Shown here: positions 9,087 to 19,475 of the stretch, in pieces
Position numbering within the stretch: position 1 is the stretch's first letter
Layout: each line of letters opens with the position of its first letter
Source: an uncultured Alphaproteobacteria bacterium
GTDB lineage: Bacteria > Pseudomonadota > Alphaproteobacteria > RF32 > CAG-239
Assembly (NCBI GenBank): GCA_944392835.1
Contig: CALXYB010000009.1
Coordinates: 3,597-67,596 of the forward strand
Direction: 5' to 3'
DNA length: 64,000 nucleotides
Notes under the pieces: generated by a model
Told to the model about the DNA's origin: nothing
What the model saw: the letters and a program-made list of their open reading frames with translations, nothing else
Database searches by the model: none
Position numbers and translations under genes: made by a program

Positions 9087-9662
9087 TTATTCAAAGTTCC
9101 ATAAAATTATATTGTTGTTATGACATATTTTAGCAGCACTTGCTTTATCTATGGGCAGAGAATATTCTCCCCCCCACTGAAAAACAACTTCATTTTGTTC
9201 ATTAACAATAGTAACGGACAACAAACCGAGTTTGTTTTGCTCACTCATTGGATAACTAGCCATATCTACGCAGTTTTTTTTGGATAAGCCTTTATAGATG
9301 ATGTAAAAACTACGAGTTCCCGGCATAACCATATTACCGTCCACATCAGCTCCGACAAGTGTTTCTTTAGCAATAGGAGAAAAAAGCTTGTCATTTCTGA
9401 GCATAGACTTTGGCACAATACCATTTTGTATGATACTTTGGGTTGAAAGGCCCCAATAGTCAGGTTTTTTTGTATATTGTTTACGGATATTTTCAGCCAA
9501 AACAACCATATCCTTCTGTGCTTGCATAACCCTTTTGTTTGTTCCTCCAGCTAAAATGCCGAGCAAAATAATCAGAGCAAGCAAAACCAAACAACCAATT
9601 AAAGCTATCCGTTGTTTTAAGATAAAACTTTTGATTTTGAGATATAGTTGAGATTTTTCCAT
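9087..9662 (-). CDS. Pilin-like protein (PilS-type head, no canonical prepilin cleavage site)
   Basis: Start MEKSQ (RBS GGAGG); TM helix then YWGLS...GIVP...YKGLSKKNC...C..NNIILWNF, paralleling the adjacent pilins. Confidence 0.7.
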   Translation of the reverse strand: MEKSQLYLKIKSFILKQRIALIGCLVLLALIILLGILAGGTNKRVMQAQKDMVVLAENIRKQYTKKPDYWGLSTQSIIQNGIVPKSMLRNDKLFSPIAKETLVGADVDGNMVMPGTRSFYIIYKGLSKKNCVDMASYPMSEQNKLGLLSVTIVNEQNEVVFQWGGEYSLPIDKASAAKICHNNNIILWNFE

Positions 9663-9664
9663 GC

Positions 9665-10798
9665 TTAACCTCCGATACCCATAGAACTTGTAATCTGGTC
9701 TTGCATTTGGAACACACCCATAACAGCCCAAGCAATAACGCCGCCGACGGCAAGCAAAGCCACCATGTTTAAGATAGAAGCTTTTTGCTCAATCAAGTAA
9801 ACGGATTCTTCCAACCAGTCGTTAGCTAAAGCTTCCAAAGCTTCTTCAAAGTTATCCAATTCAGAATAAATTTTTAAGTCGCTGATAATTTCTTTATCCG
9901 GAAAATCAAGCCCCGTTTTACTCAATGCCTGACCTAAGTTATCACCGTTATTAATAAAAACGAGAGTTTTATCAATACGTTCCTTCAAATAACGGCTGGA
10001 ATCACGGCGTAAAGCACGCAATGCCGTAGAAACAGGGGTTCCACCCTTAACCAAAGCAGACAAAGCCAAAAGCCAGCTAATACCTGTAAACACTTTGTAT
10101 AACGACCATGGCGGCATATGGTCAATGATTGCCCGAATTTGACCGGTCCATATACCGATTGTAAAATATATGAGAGCCATAACAGCAGGCAAAGACGCAA
10201 AAGCAACAGCCCAATAAGTGCTAATCCAATCGGACAAATTAACCAAGGTCAATGCCATGCCGCGCCACCGAACCGTCGGCGCTGCATCAATCATTGGCGG
10301 CACCATATAAACACCGATACCATAAATAATCAAAATAGCCATCATAAACAAGAACGAAGGGTAGGCAACGGCACCGATAATCGGTCGTATCATTTTTGTA
10401 GAACCCTCGGTAACGCGAATAAGGTTCATCAAAGCACCTTCCAAGTCAGACACATCACCAACAGATAGCATCAATCTCTCGCGGTCTGGCGCCCAACCTT
10501 TAAGAGCATCAGAAAAAGGCAAACCATTTTGCAAGGCCTTTGCCCAACTGGCGATAGCAATAGCCATAGGCTCATCCGGATTCTTACCTCCGTTTGATGC
10601 ACCATCATGCAACATATCCAAGGCGTTCATCAAAGAAAAGCGGTTTCTCATCAAGGAAGCGATTTTACGATATAGCTTCAAACGCGTTTGGTTAGAAAAA
10701 TTACAAATCATACGCGCATAATAGACCTCAATGGCATTGAGCTGTTTCATTGCCTTAGCCATTGAGCCGGATTTGCTTTTTCTGTCTTCCTGAGGCAT
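9665..10798 (-). CDS. pilR: Type IVb pilus inner-membrane platform (PilR/BfpE, GspF family)
   Basis: Two GspF domains, AVAYP, three TM segments, position after the ATPase. Confidence 0.88.
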   Translation of the reverse strand: MPQEDRKSKSGSMAKAMKQLNAIEVYYARMICNFSNQTRLKLYRKIASLMRNRFSLMNALDMLHDGASNGGKNPDEPMAIAIASWAKALQNGLPFSDALKGWAPDRERLMLSVGDVSDLEGALMNLIRVTEGSTKMIRPIIGAVAYPSFLFMMAILIIYGIGVYMVPPMIDAAPTVRWRGMALTLVNLSDWISTYWAVAFASLPAVMALIYFTIGIWTGQIRAIIDHMPPWSLYKVFTGISWLLALSALVKGGTPVSTALRALRRDSSRYLKERIDKTLVFINNGDNLGQALSKTGLDFPDKEIISDLKIYSELDNFEEALEALANDWLEESVYLIEQKASILNMVALLAVGGVIAWAVMGVFQMQDQITSSMGIGG

Positions 10799-10810
10799 CT
10801 AAATCACTCC

Positions 10811-12481
10811 TTAGTAAACCGGACGTTGGTCAAGCAAGCCGCACCAACGCTCAACTTCATCCAAATCAATATATCCTTTAAGCATACGCTCTATTGCAGC
10901 ATCTTTTAATGGCCGACCATTTAAATCACTCGTCCAGTAGTCAATGGCTTTTCTTGTTTCGCCATTAATCATCAGTTCCAGAAACATAGCATCCGGCAAA
11001 ATAATCTCAGGAACGCTCATTCGGCCTTTAATACCGCGTCCGTCACAAAATTTACATCCAGGTCCACGCATATATGTATTCTCAATACCAAAATCGCCGA
11101 GTGCGACTTTAAGTCTTTGAACCTGAGGCAGATTCAGCCTTTCCTTAACAGAAACACGACAATGCGGACAAAGCTTTCTGAACAAACGTTGAGAAATCAA
11201 TCCTTTCATCAATTCTGGGTCAGCCAACATATATGGCTGAACCCCCATATCTCTGAAACGAGTTATAATTGCCGGTGCAGAGTTTGCGTGCAAAGTAGAC
11301 CACACGCCGTGTCCGGAAAGAGCACCTTTAAAAGTTAATTCTGCGGCCGCCAAGGCACGAATCTCGCCCACCATAATAACGTCAGGGTCAGAACGTAACG
11401 CTGCCGACAAAGCCTTATTAAATTGCTCGTCTTTTTCTTCTTCATCGTTAGCATTCGTAACCGGCATTTGTCTGGCACCGGGAATTGGATACTCAGGCGG
11501 ATCTTCCACCGTAATCAAATTAATTTCGTAGTTCTTTTCCTGCAAAAGCTTAATCATATTACGTTGTAAGGTCGTACTTTTGCCGGAACCCGTTGGCCCC
11601 GCAATAATATTTAAACCGATAGGCACCGCACGTAAGCGATAAAATAAATTTTCTTCATATTCGCCAAAGCCAAGTGCCGCCAAATCACCCGAACCATCAG
11701 GATTATCATCTGCATACAACAAACGCATAACCACATATTGCGTACCAAAAGCAATAGGATTAAATTGTAAACGAATAGCCAACACATTATGCGGCAACAT
11801 CAACTTACCTTTAGAACCACGCAAAGGCGTTGAACCCAATTTTTGAGCTCCCTGAAACTCATTTTGAGCATAGTTTGCATCTGAAATATCAGCAGAAGCA
11901 AAAGCCGCACGAACAAAGGATTCGCCCCATTCCTTATTATATTCCATTTCGGTTTGCATCATGCCGTTTACACGGAACATAATTTGCGTACTATCTGCAA
12001 CTACAATATGAATATCCGAAACTTTTTGTGAGGCCGCACGAGCAACGACGTTCACAAAGTCTTTCTGCATCTGTAGTTGGTTTAAGTCTTCGTCATTTGC
12101 TGAAATCGGCTGGTTACGTTCGCCAAAAGCATAAATTGCGTTTAACTCGTTTTGTGAAACATATCGGGGCTTACCAATACTTAATCTTTTTTTACGAGCT
12201 AAAACCTCAAAACTTAAAACGCGTCCGTCAAACTTATGAGATTCTGAAACCAAAAAAGTGCCGTCAGAAAACAGAGCCAACAAACGTCTGGTATCATCAT
12301 TAATAACTAAGGACGAGCCTGGCAAAGTTAAAAGTCTGTTGCCATTACCGAAAAGCTGGTCAAGAATATTGACCGGCTTTTCATCAATAGCATCATCAAC
12401 AGCCAGATTAGAGTTTCTTTGAAGAGTAGAAGCTTCTGGTTGTTCTAAAAGGCTTTCATCATTTTCGGGCTCATCAACCAT
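10811..12481 (-). CDS. pilQ: Type IVb pilus assembly ATPase (PilQ/BfpD, GspE family)
   Basis: SDIHI, GPTGSGKSTT, TVEDPPE, LRSDPDVIMVGEIR, STLHANS, CPHC/CKFC Zn motif. Confidence 0.92.
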   Translation of the reverse strand: MVDEPENDESLLEQPEASTLQRNSNLAVDDAIDEKPVNILDQLFGNGNRLLTLPGSSLVINDDTRRLLALFSDGTFLVSESHKFDGRVLSFEVLARKKRLSIGKPRYVSQNELNAIYAFGERNQPISANDEDLNQLQMQKDFVNVVARAASQKVSDIHIVVADSTQIMFRVNGMMQTEMEYNKEWGESFVRAAFASADISDANYAQNEFQGAQKLGSTPLRGSKGKLMLPHNVLAIRLQFNPIAFGTQYVVMRLLYADDNPDGSGDLAALGFGEYEENLFYRLRAVPIGLNIIAGPTGSGKSTTLQRNMIKLLQEKNYEINLITVEDPPEYPIPGARQMPVTNANDEEEKDEQFNKALSAALRSDPDVIMVGEIRALAAAELTFKGALSGHGVWSTLHANSAPAIITRFRDMGVQPYMLADPELMKGLISQRLFRKLCPHCRVSVKERLNLPQVQRLKVALGDFGIENTYMRGPGCKFCDGRGIKGRMSVPEIILPDAMFLELMINGETRKAIDYWTSDLNGRPLKDAAIERMLKGYIDLDEVERWCGLLDQRPVY

Positions 12482-12490
12482 TATATCAGC

Positions 12491-14035
12491 CTACCTGACA
12501 AACATACTGCTTCCCAAACTCGGTACACCTCTGTTAATCATGGTCGTCTCTCTTAAATTAGAGTCTGCACCGGCTTTTGCAGCATCTGGTTTGTTTTTCT
12601 TACCGGAAAGGTCTGACTTCTCAGGCTCCTTATCCAAAATTCCACCGGCTGCAAAATAGAGATAATCTTTCATTCCGTTAATTTCGGCGCGTACATGTGT
12701 TTTTGTGATTTCATCAATTTTGTGTCCTGACTGCAAAACTGTTCCTTCACGAACCATAAATGTATCGCCATCTTTATTAATCAACTTCGCCGTCAGTTCT
12801 TCTCCTTGACCTCTAACTTCCATAATAGCGTATTCTTCAACTAGTCTGGGAAGCTCCTCTTCTGTTTCTTCAACAGTAATTTCAGACTGAGCAAACGGAT
12901 TCATCTTCTCCTCTTTTTGCTCTGCAATAGCGGCTTCTAGACGAGACTTTAATATAGAAATTTGAGTCTGCAGATTCTTTATCTCACGTTGGTAATTGTC
13001 TTTAGCCGTAGTAGCATCTTTCTGTGCTTTTGTGGCCAAAGAAGCGATATGAGTCATTTTATTTTTAAGACCTTCAATCAGATTTTTTCTGTCGTTTTCA
13101 ACATTTTTAATCTGCTCATAAAGTTTTGCATTGTTTTTAATCCACTCTTGTTTTTCCTTGAGCATAGCTTCCTTATATGCTTTTAAAACCTTTTCTTGTC
13201 TTAACTTTTCAAGCTTGGCCTGAGCTATAATAACAGCTTTCTTTTCACGAAGGACTTTAGCTTCTTGCTCTTTTTCCCATTCAATACGTTTCCGCTCTTT
13301 TTCTTCTTTTTTTGCTTCCTCTTCCTCTATGGCTTTTTGACGTTGAGCCTTAATAGCCGCAATTTCGTTTTTAATTTTTTCACGTCTCAATTCCAAGGTC
13401 AGCAAAGCTGTCTGTTTTTCCAAATCAGACATTTGCGAAAACAGCTTGTTATCAATTTTTTCAAGTAAACCTTCGCCCAGATTCTCAACATCCGGAGTGT
13501 CAACGACCTCGTTAGCCTCTGGCAAAGCGGCTTCTCCGCCGGATAATGCGTTTGGACCAGCCAACGGCATATTAGCATTAGGACCAGTCAACGGCATATT
13601 AGCATTAGGTCCTGTTAATGGCATATTAGCATTAGGACCCGTTAAAGGAAGACCATTAGAACCATCTGCCGTTGTGTCTTCAACTGCAGACACAGCGTTG
13701 GGACCAGTCAGAGGTAAGTTATCTGCAACAGGTTGTGGTGTATTCAAATCTAATACATTACCATCTGCAGCATTAGCCTCGGAGCCATCATTACCTGTTT
13801 CGCCGTTAAGCGATGGCAAGGACTGGGGAGCAGGTAATTCGCCTGGCAAAGATAACTCATCGGGAATATCCGAGCCAACGCCGAGAAAATCATTCCCGGC
13901 AGCATCGTTTGAGAGCTGAGGCATATTATCAGGCTCTAAAGTAACATTTTGTGCACACAGATTCTGCGTTGTCATCAAAGAGATAAACGAAACGCTCAGA
14001 GCCAGCCCAAAAAGCTTTTTAAACTTACAAAACAT
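12491..14035 (-). CDS. PilP-like pilus accessory protein, enlarged (low-complexity region plus coiled coil)
   Basis: Signal peptide, long coiled coil, C-terminal beta domain EVRGQGEELTAKL...VREGTVL.SG; sits between pilO and pilQ. Confidence 0.6.
   Translation of the reverse strand: MFCKFKKLFGLALSVSFISLMTTQNLCAQNVTLEPDNMPQLSNDAAGNDFLGVGSDIPDELSLPGELPAPQSLPSLNGETGNDGSEANAADGNVLDLNTPQPVADNLPLTGPNAVSAVEDTTADGSNGLPLTGPNANMPLTGPNANMPLTGPNANMPLAGPNALSGGEAALPEANEVVDTPDVENLGEGLLEKIDNKLFSQMSDLEKQTALLTLELRREKIKNEIAAIKAQRQKAIEEEEAKKEEKERKRIEWEKEQEAKVLREKKAVIIAQAKLEKLRQEKVLKAYKEAMLKEKQEWIKNNAKLYEQIKNVENDRKNLIEGLKNKMTHIASLATKAQKDATTAKDNYQREIKNLQTQISILKSRLEAAIAEQKEEKMNPFAQSEITVEETEEELPRLVEEYAIMEVRGQGEELTAKLINKDGDTFMVREGTVLQSGHKIDEITKTHVRAEINGMKDYLYFAAGGILDKEPEKSDLSGKKNKPDAAKAGADSNLRETTMINRGVPSLGSSMFVR
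13548..13650 (-). repeat. 27-bp coding tandem repeat (PLTGPNANM x ~4)
   Basis: Seen in both protein and DNA. Confidence 0.85.
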
Positions 14036-15296
14036 AGATTGCTCCCTCATATTCCCAAGTTTTATCACGGGTGTTATATCTTATCATAGTAATATCAAGT
14101 CCTGAAAATTTTGTTAATAAATCGCTCCATACCGAAGGATTATGTATTGAAGAGAACTTGAACTGAACTGAACGATACACATTTTGCTCCGGAGATGTAT
14201 AAGCAAAACTAGATAAGTTGACACTTTGTCCAATAGATTGAAACAAGTTATTCAACGTGTTTTTCAAGTCAATATCATTCTTCAGCGGCGGAGAAGAGAT
14301 TTGCTTAATTTTCGGCAATGGAACCGAAGCAATCAAGCTATTTCCGTTATCAGAAATGGAACGACCGGAAAAGGTTATTCCAGACATATCTAACGCCTGC
14401 TCAATCCAAGAAATCTTGCCGACTTCTCTGGTCCAAGATGTTGTCAATCCACCTGTTGAACAAGAAATATTTCCGATAACCCATCCGGGGGGCATAATTG
14501 TAACCACGTCCTGAACTGCTTTATAGCAGTTTAGCATAACTTGTTCGGGATCAGATATCTTTTCCCAAGGCTTAACCTCAGGAATTTTTTCAACTGGTTT
14601 AATAACCTTAGGTGCAACAGGTGCAATAATAGGTCTTTTAGGCGGAGCTAAGAAAATCCCGTTAATGATACTGGATAATAACCACAAACCGATAATGGCC
14701 GATATAGCAATAACCAACATAAGCTTAGTTCCGCGCAAAGCCTTAATTTTTTGTAGCTTCGCACGCATGCCTTGCGACATAAGCTTATTCAAGTCTAAAT
14801 ATTCTGTTTCCTCAAGATTCCACTCTGGGGGCGCAATTTTCCGTCCCCAATCTGGTACAGCAAGCATAGATAAAAATTGGTTTTTTGCGTCCTGCTCATT
14901 TAAAAAGAGCATATCACCATCAGACAAGATAATATCATTACGAACACAAGTATACCACCACCCATTGTCCACCTTAAAGACAGCAATGAAGGATGACTTA
15001 TCTGCCATTGCCGTAGCCAAAGTAACGGCGGCAACGTTTTCTCCGCTTTTATATCCTTCTTTAGAAGCGCAAATACCAAATTGTGGAGCCTTACCTTGCT
15101 TAATGCAGAATAAATCCGCACCTTCCATAACACCTTCGGAAGCCTCACCAACTTCGGTGAAAGGATCATCTTTATTTTGCAACGGCTGCCAGAACAAGCT
15201 GGTTGCATAAGTTACACCGTCAAGCTCTATACTGGTGCCCCAAGTACGCCTGCCGTCGTCGTAATCGTCATCTAATAACTTTGCATCTTCCAGCAC
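14025..15296 (-). CDS. pilO: Type IVb pilus protein PilO2/BfpC-like
   Basis: LFWQPL, WW...VRNDIILSDGD, TM, KPW...C....PPGW....ISC; synteny. Confidence 0.75.
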   Translation of the reverse strand: MLEDAKLLDDDYDDGRRTWGTSIELDGVTYATSLFWQPLQNKDDPFTEVGEASEGVMEGADLFCIKQGKAPQFGICASKEGYKSGENVAAVTLATAMADKSSFIAVFKVDNGWWYTCVRNDIILSDGDMLFLNEQDAKNQFLSMLAVPDWGRKIAPPEWNLEETEYLDLNKLMSQGMRAKLQKIKALRGTKLMLVIAISAIIGLWLLSSIINGIFLAPPKRPIIAPVAPKVIKPVEKIPEVKPWEKISDPEQVMLNCYKAVQDVVTIMPPGWVIGNISCSTGGLTTSWTREVGKISWIEQALDMSGITFSGRSISDNGNSLIASVPLPKIKQISSPPLKNDIDLKNTLNNLFQSIGQSVNLSSFAYTSPEQNVYRSVQFKFSSIHNPSVWSDLLTKFSGLDITMIRYNTRDKTWEYEGAIYVL

Positions 15297-15314
15297 TTTT
15301 TTGTCCTTCCGAGA

Positions 15315-16925
15315 TTAATTGGTCATTCTGGATTCTGGTGTCAAAGGCGATTCCAAAACAACCGGTGTCAACATAATAACCAAAATACTTCTGGTCTTTG
15401 TTGCAACAGCTGTTCCGCCAAACAGAGAGTTTGTCGCCGAGCCGACACCAGTTTTTGTGGCTTCGTTTTCTACACGCTCATAACCTGTCAAAACCAAGGT
15501 TTCACCAGACTTAAGAGCTACCTCTTGAGTAAAACCGCGAGACTCAATAATCGGGTTTTGAATATACTGTCCACCCTGACCGTTATCATCGCCGCCGCCA
15601 AGGTCAACTCTTTCCATCTGAATCAAATCAGACAAGGTCAAGTTAAACATTAGCATCAAACGTCCGTGTTCCAAGATACGGGGCAAAACATCCAAGGTAA
15701 AACCGGTTTCAATTTCTTCTGTTTCCGTAGAAATATCATAGTAGCTGGCATCGCCGCCACTGTTCGTTTTAGTAATTTCTGAAACATAATTCTGTTTCTT
15801 AATTACCTGAATCGGAGCCGGCTTGTTGTTTAATGTAGTAACCGTACCAGATGTAATCAGGTTTGTAGTTCCCTGGCTGGACAAAGCCTGAATAGCGCCC
15901 TTAACAGTCCAGTTTCCAGGCAAAACGGTCATCGTCAAGTTTTCGGTAATATCTGTTCCAAGACCTGGAACGCTAGCCAACCCAAGTTCCGTTTTTCCAT
16001 CACTGAATGCTGCTGTTAAGTTCAAACCATATTGGTCACTATCATCAATGTTAACTTGCAAAACTTTAACGCTGATGGCAACTTGACGCGACAATCTTGC
16101 GTTTTGTTCATTAATGAACTTAGCAACTTTCTTGATATCATTCGGAGTAGCCGTAATAGATATAGTACCGTTTGCAGGATCCATATTCAATTGAGCCCCC
16201 TTATCTATCATAGATTTAATTGATTTTTCTATGTTGCCCCAAAGTTCAATTTCTGCAGAGCTTGACAAAGATAAAGAAGAGCTACCGCCGCCTCCTGTTT
16301 CTGTGGACGAACCACCGACATTAACTGAAAGAGAAGGCTTGGTCGGAAGACTATAAAGTACAAAAGTTCTTGTTTGGTATTTATAGAAATAAATTTCTTG
16401 CTTCTCATATTTCCACCAAATGCCAAAACGAGAAGAAATCTCATCCAATAATCCGCTTAACGGACCACGATAAGATACCAACATCTTAGAAGGTTCTGTC
16501 CAATCTGTTCCGATTGTGTTGGGATTAGGCTTATTCTGTGTAGCGTTTTTCAAAACATCCGCTTCAAGCTGAGGCGCATAACGAACTTTCAGTGATGTTA
16601 TTTTATTAATCATATCACCGATTTCGTAAAGCGTAATCGGACGATTTGAGATAAGCGTAATACCATCTTTGGCTTCCAGATAACTAGGAACAGGTTCTCC
16701 CTCATATTCAATCTCGCTGGTGTCTCCGAGCCAAATATCATTTTTAACCCGAACAACATCTGTAGGCGCAGGAGTATCAGGAATTTTAGCCTTTTCCTTA
16801 AGGTCTGTAGTTGCCTCAACCTCACGCTCAATTGTTGCGTCCATGCTGGTGGAAAGAGAGCAAGATGCTGCAAAAATAACAGCAACCAAGCCCAATCCGA
16901 ATTTCTGTAAATTATTAATATGCAT
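15315..16925 (-). CDS. pilN: Type IVb secretin lipoprotein (PilN/BfpB)
   Basis: Lipobox AASC, GPLSGLLD..SSRFGIWW, RQVAISVKVLQV, TTLNNKPAP, ETGFTLDVLPRI, LKSGETLVLTG, LVIMLTP. Confidence 0.9.
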   Translation of the reverse strand: MHINNLQKFGLGLVAVIFAASCSLSTSMDATIEREVEATTDLKEKAKIPDTPAPTDVVRVKNDIWLGDTSEIEYEGEPVPSYLEAKDGITLISNRPITLYEIGDMINKITSLKVRYAPQLEADVLKNATQNKPNPNTIGTDWTEPSKMLVSYRGPLSGLLDEISSRFGIWWKYEKQEIYFYKYQTRTFVLYSLPTKPSLSVNVGGSSTETGGGGSSSLSLSSSAEIELWGNIEKSIKSMIDKGAQLNMDPANGTISITATPNDIKKVAKFINEQNARLSRQVAISVKVLQVNIDDSDQYGLNLTAAFSDGKTELGLASVPGLGTDITENLTMTVLPGNWTVKGAIQALSSQGTTNLITSGTVTTLNNKPAPIQVIKKQNYVSEITKTNSGGDASYYDISTETEEIETGFTLDVLPRILEHGRLMLMFNLTLSDLIQMERVDLGGGDDNGQGGQYIQNPIIESRGFTQEVALKSGETLVLTGYERVENEATKTGVGSATNSLFGGTAVATKTRSILVIMLTPVVLESPLTPESRMTN

Positions 16926-17607
16926 TCTCATCCTCCATGGTCTCAACAACTAAGACGCGGTTACCTTTATAAAATGTAGCAATAGGAGCTGGACGCGCTC
17001 TTGCAAAAGCCCTGATTAATGCAGAGCTGACATCGGCAAAGCGTCCGCGGAACATAGCTCCGGCAGTTAACGTATAATTACGATTAGAATTCCAAATTAA
17101 ACGCCAACCGGCTCTTTCGCTCCACTCCGTTAACAATCCTTTCAGGGTCTTTCCTTCTTCTGCCAACCAATCCTCAACAGGATCCTCACCGGCAGCCATA
17201 CCGGCCTCATCACTTTGACCATTATCTTCCGTCATGGTAATTTCTTCTTCATAAGCAACGACCTCGTCCTCAATGCTGGGAGGAATAGATGCTGACAAAT
17301 TATTACCTGCCGCGGCTTGCGTAATATTCTGGTCGCGTGGCGTTCTTTCACCGTATTCTCTATAATCGGCAGCGACTTCCGTATAGTTTACAAACTCGTT
17401 TTCTCCGGCATTGGGATTAATGCTTTGAAATTCGGATGTCTGATAAGTGTTTCCGGCGCAGCTGTTGGGATCTGTGCATACAAAATTGTCCGGAGCAGGT
17501 TCCAAAATGGTTCCTCGGCAACCGGAAACGAAAAATACACCAAAGAAACAAGCTGCTAATAATCTTGTCTTGTTCATTCTGAGGTTTCCTAAACTACATT
17601 TTTTCAT
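16915..17607 (-). CDS. TcpQ-domain lipoprotein (PilL-like)
   Basis: Lipobox VSGC; C-terminal W.AEEGKTLKGLLTEWSERAGWRLIW...Y.....F.G.F...YKGNRVLVV. Confidence 0.8.
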   Translation of the reverse strand: MKKCSLGNLRMNKTRLLAACFFGVFFVSGCRGTILEPAPDNFVCTDPNSCAGNTYQTSEFQSINPNAGENEFVNYTEVAADYREYGERTPRDQNITQAAAGNNLSASIPPSIEDEVVAYEEEITMTEDNGQSDEAGMAAGEDPVEDWLAEEGKTLKGLLTEWSERAGWRLIWNSNRNYTLTAGAMFRGRFADVSSALIRAFARARPAPIATFYKGNRVLVVETMEDENAY

Positions 17608-17663
17608 GTTTTTACCTATCATACATACTGAAAATTAAATAATCAAGCTTGCTTCCAAACTTA

Positions 17664-19475
17664 TTACCATGCCTGATAATATGCGGCTTGATCACTATTT
17701 TCATTTCTGTCCCTGTCAATATTACTGTTAATCCTTACTGTTCTTATAATAAACGAGTTTGGTTCTCTGGTTGTAAATACCGTATTGATTTTACGATAAT
17801 CTACACCTTTATTGGTTAATATATTATGTAACAAGTTCAACCTTTTTTGTTGCAAGGCATAAGAACTTGTTCCATCAATTCTAATCTCTAAAATAACCGA
17901 GCGGTCAGAGTTGACTTTGTTAGCAAAGGCGTGAATCCACTTAAGTGTTGTGCCGGATATCTCTGCGCGATTAGGTTGAAATGCCAACCTCATCTCTGCT
18001 GGCAAAATCTTTGTTGGCTTGTTGCTGGATTTACGTATTCTGCCGGTAATCCTGTCAACAAAACTATTGCTGTGTTCTTCGGTGGTTGCCTCTTCCTTGG
18101 TTTCTTCCTTGGTTTCTTCAGATGTTTTACTGCTACCGGAAAACAAAGATGTAATACTTTTCAGTAGGCCTCCTTTGCTCTCTTCTGATGTGGATTTTGC
18201 CTCTTTGCTCTTTTCGGCATCTAAAGATTTTTCCTCAGACTTTTTTTCTGCTGTTTCTTTTTCTTGGCTGCCTTGGTTTGACGAGGCGTTGGCAGAGGTG
18301 TCTTTAGATGCGTCTAGTTGAGGGATTAAGGGGTCTTCTTTTAAAATATCTTCGGGGATTGGAATCAGAATATTCTGAACCATTTCGGCCGCAAGCTTAA
18401 CATTGCTGTCAGATGAATTGGCTTTCTGGCTAAGCTCAATTTTTGCCTTATCTGCATCTTGATAATAATCTGCTTCTAAGACCTTATTGTTTTTAGGAAA
18501 TTTTGTCCCTTTTGCTGCAACCCATGGTGTATCTTTTTCAGCCATGTTTTGCCATTTTCGGTTTGTATCTGCGCGAGCTTCATCTGTGCCTTGGTCTTCA
18601 CTTTTTTTCGCTAAGCTGTTAAGAGGGGCGCTTTCGCTAACCATTGCCAGCTGATTAGGATCTGCAGCTTTAGCAACGGCAAAAGCCCGATTTTGGGGGG
18701 CATTAATATCTTTTTGAAGCGGAATTAAAAGTTGCTCCTCATTATGCTTTTGAGTATTGTCTTCTTCTTTGCTTTTATGTGTGTCAGAATTAAAATTGTC
18801 TTTAATATCTTTTGACGAAAGCAAAGAAAGTTCTTTTGACGGCGTATCTGCTTGCGCAACAATCAGTAGTGTCGGCTCATGCGAAAGAGGAGCGTCTTTT
18901 GTTTCTTTTTCTTGGTCTTGGTCGCCTAAGTTCTTAGATGAAAGAGGCTCTGGACGCGGTTTATCATTTGTCGCAATAATGGGGTTATCATTTTTTTCGT
19001 TATCTATAAAAGCACTTTCTGCCTCATCCTTAAAAACAGGTGGGGGCATTTTCATGATATGGTCAAAATCTGCGGAAACGAGTTCTGTCTCCTTTGGCAG
19101 AATATCTTCTTGAGATATCTCTAAGGGGGTGTCGTCAAAGACAGGCAAATCTTCCCGAGTAGGCGTTTTTGTCTCCGAGTTACCTTGCGGCGCGGTAGAG
19201 GGTAAGGGCTGCGACGCGGGGGCATAAACAATTTTAGATGAATTATCTCTGGGCGTTTCGGGAATGGTTAATGCAATTTTTTTTATCGGACGAACCTGTG
19301 CCGATTGGGCAATATTCGTTTCTCCGGTAAAAAATAACGATATGTTTTTGCTTGGAATTTTTACTTTCTGGGAAGGGTTCTGGGGGGTATAAAAAAACAG
19401 CCCGTTTATTACAAATAGAATAAACAGAGAAAAAACAAAGCTACAAACAAAAGTTTTAAAAGCCGTTTTTTTCAT
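17664..19475 (-). CDS. Membrane-anchored hypothetical protein with possible degenerate OmpA-like C-terminal domain
   Basis: N-terminal TM, long disordered linker, LAFQPNRAEIS...LQQKRLNLLHNILTNKGVD. Confidence 0.5.
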   Translation of the reverse strand: MKKTAFKTFVCSFVFSLFILFVINGLFFYTPQNPSQKVKIPSKNISLFFTGETNIAQSAQVRPIKKIALTIPETPRDNSSKIVYAPASQPLPSTAPQGNSETKTPTREDLPVFDDTPLEISQEDILPKETELVSADFDHIMKMPPPVFKDEAESAFIDNEKNDNPIIATNDKPRPEPLSSKNLGDQDQEKETKDAPLSHEPTLLIVAQADTPSKELSLLSSKDIKDNFNSDTHKSKEEDNTQKHNEEQLLIPLQKDINAPQNRAFAVAKAADPNQLAMVSESAPLNSLAKKSEDQGTDEARADTNRKWQNMAEKDTPWVAAKGTKFPKNNKVLEADYYQDADKAKIELSQKANSSDSNVKLAAEMVQNILIPIPEDILKEDPLIPQLDASKDTSANASSNQGSQEKETAEKKSEEKSLDAEKSKEAKSTSEESKGGLLKSITSLFSGSSKTSEETKEETKEEATTEEHSNSFVDRITGRIRKSSNKPTKILPAEMRLAFQPNRAEISGTTLKWIHAFANKVNSDRSVILEIRIDGTSSYALQQKRLNLLHNILTNKGVDYRKINTVFTTREPNSFIIRTVRINSNIDRDRNENSDQAAYYQAW

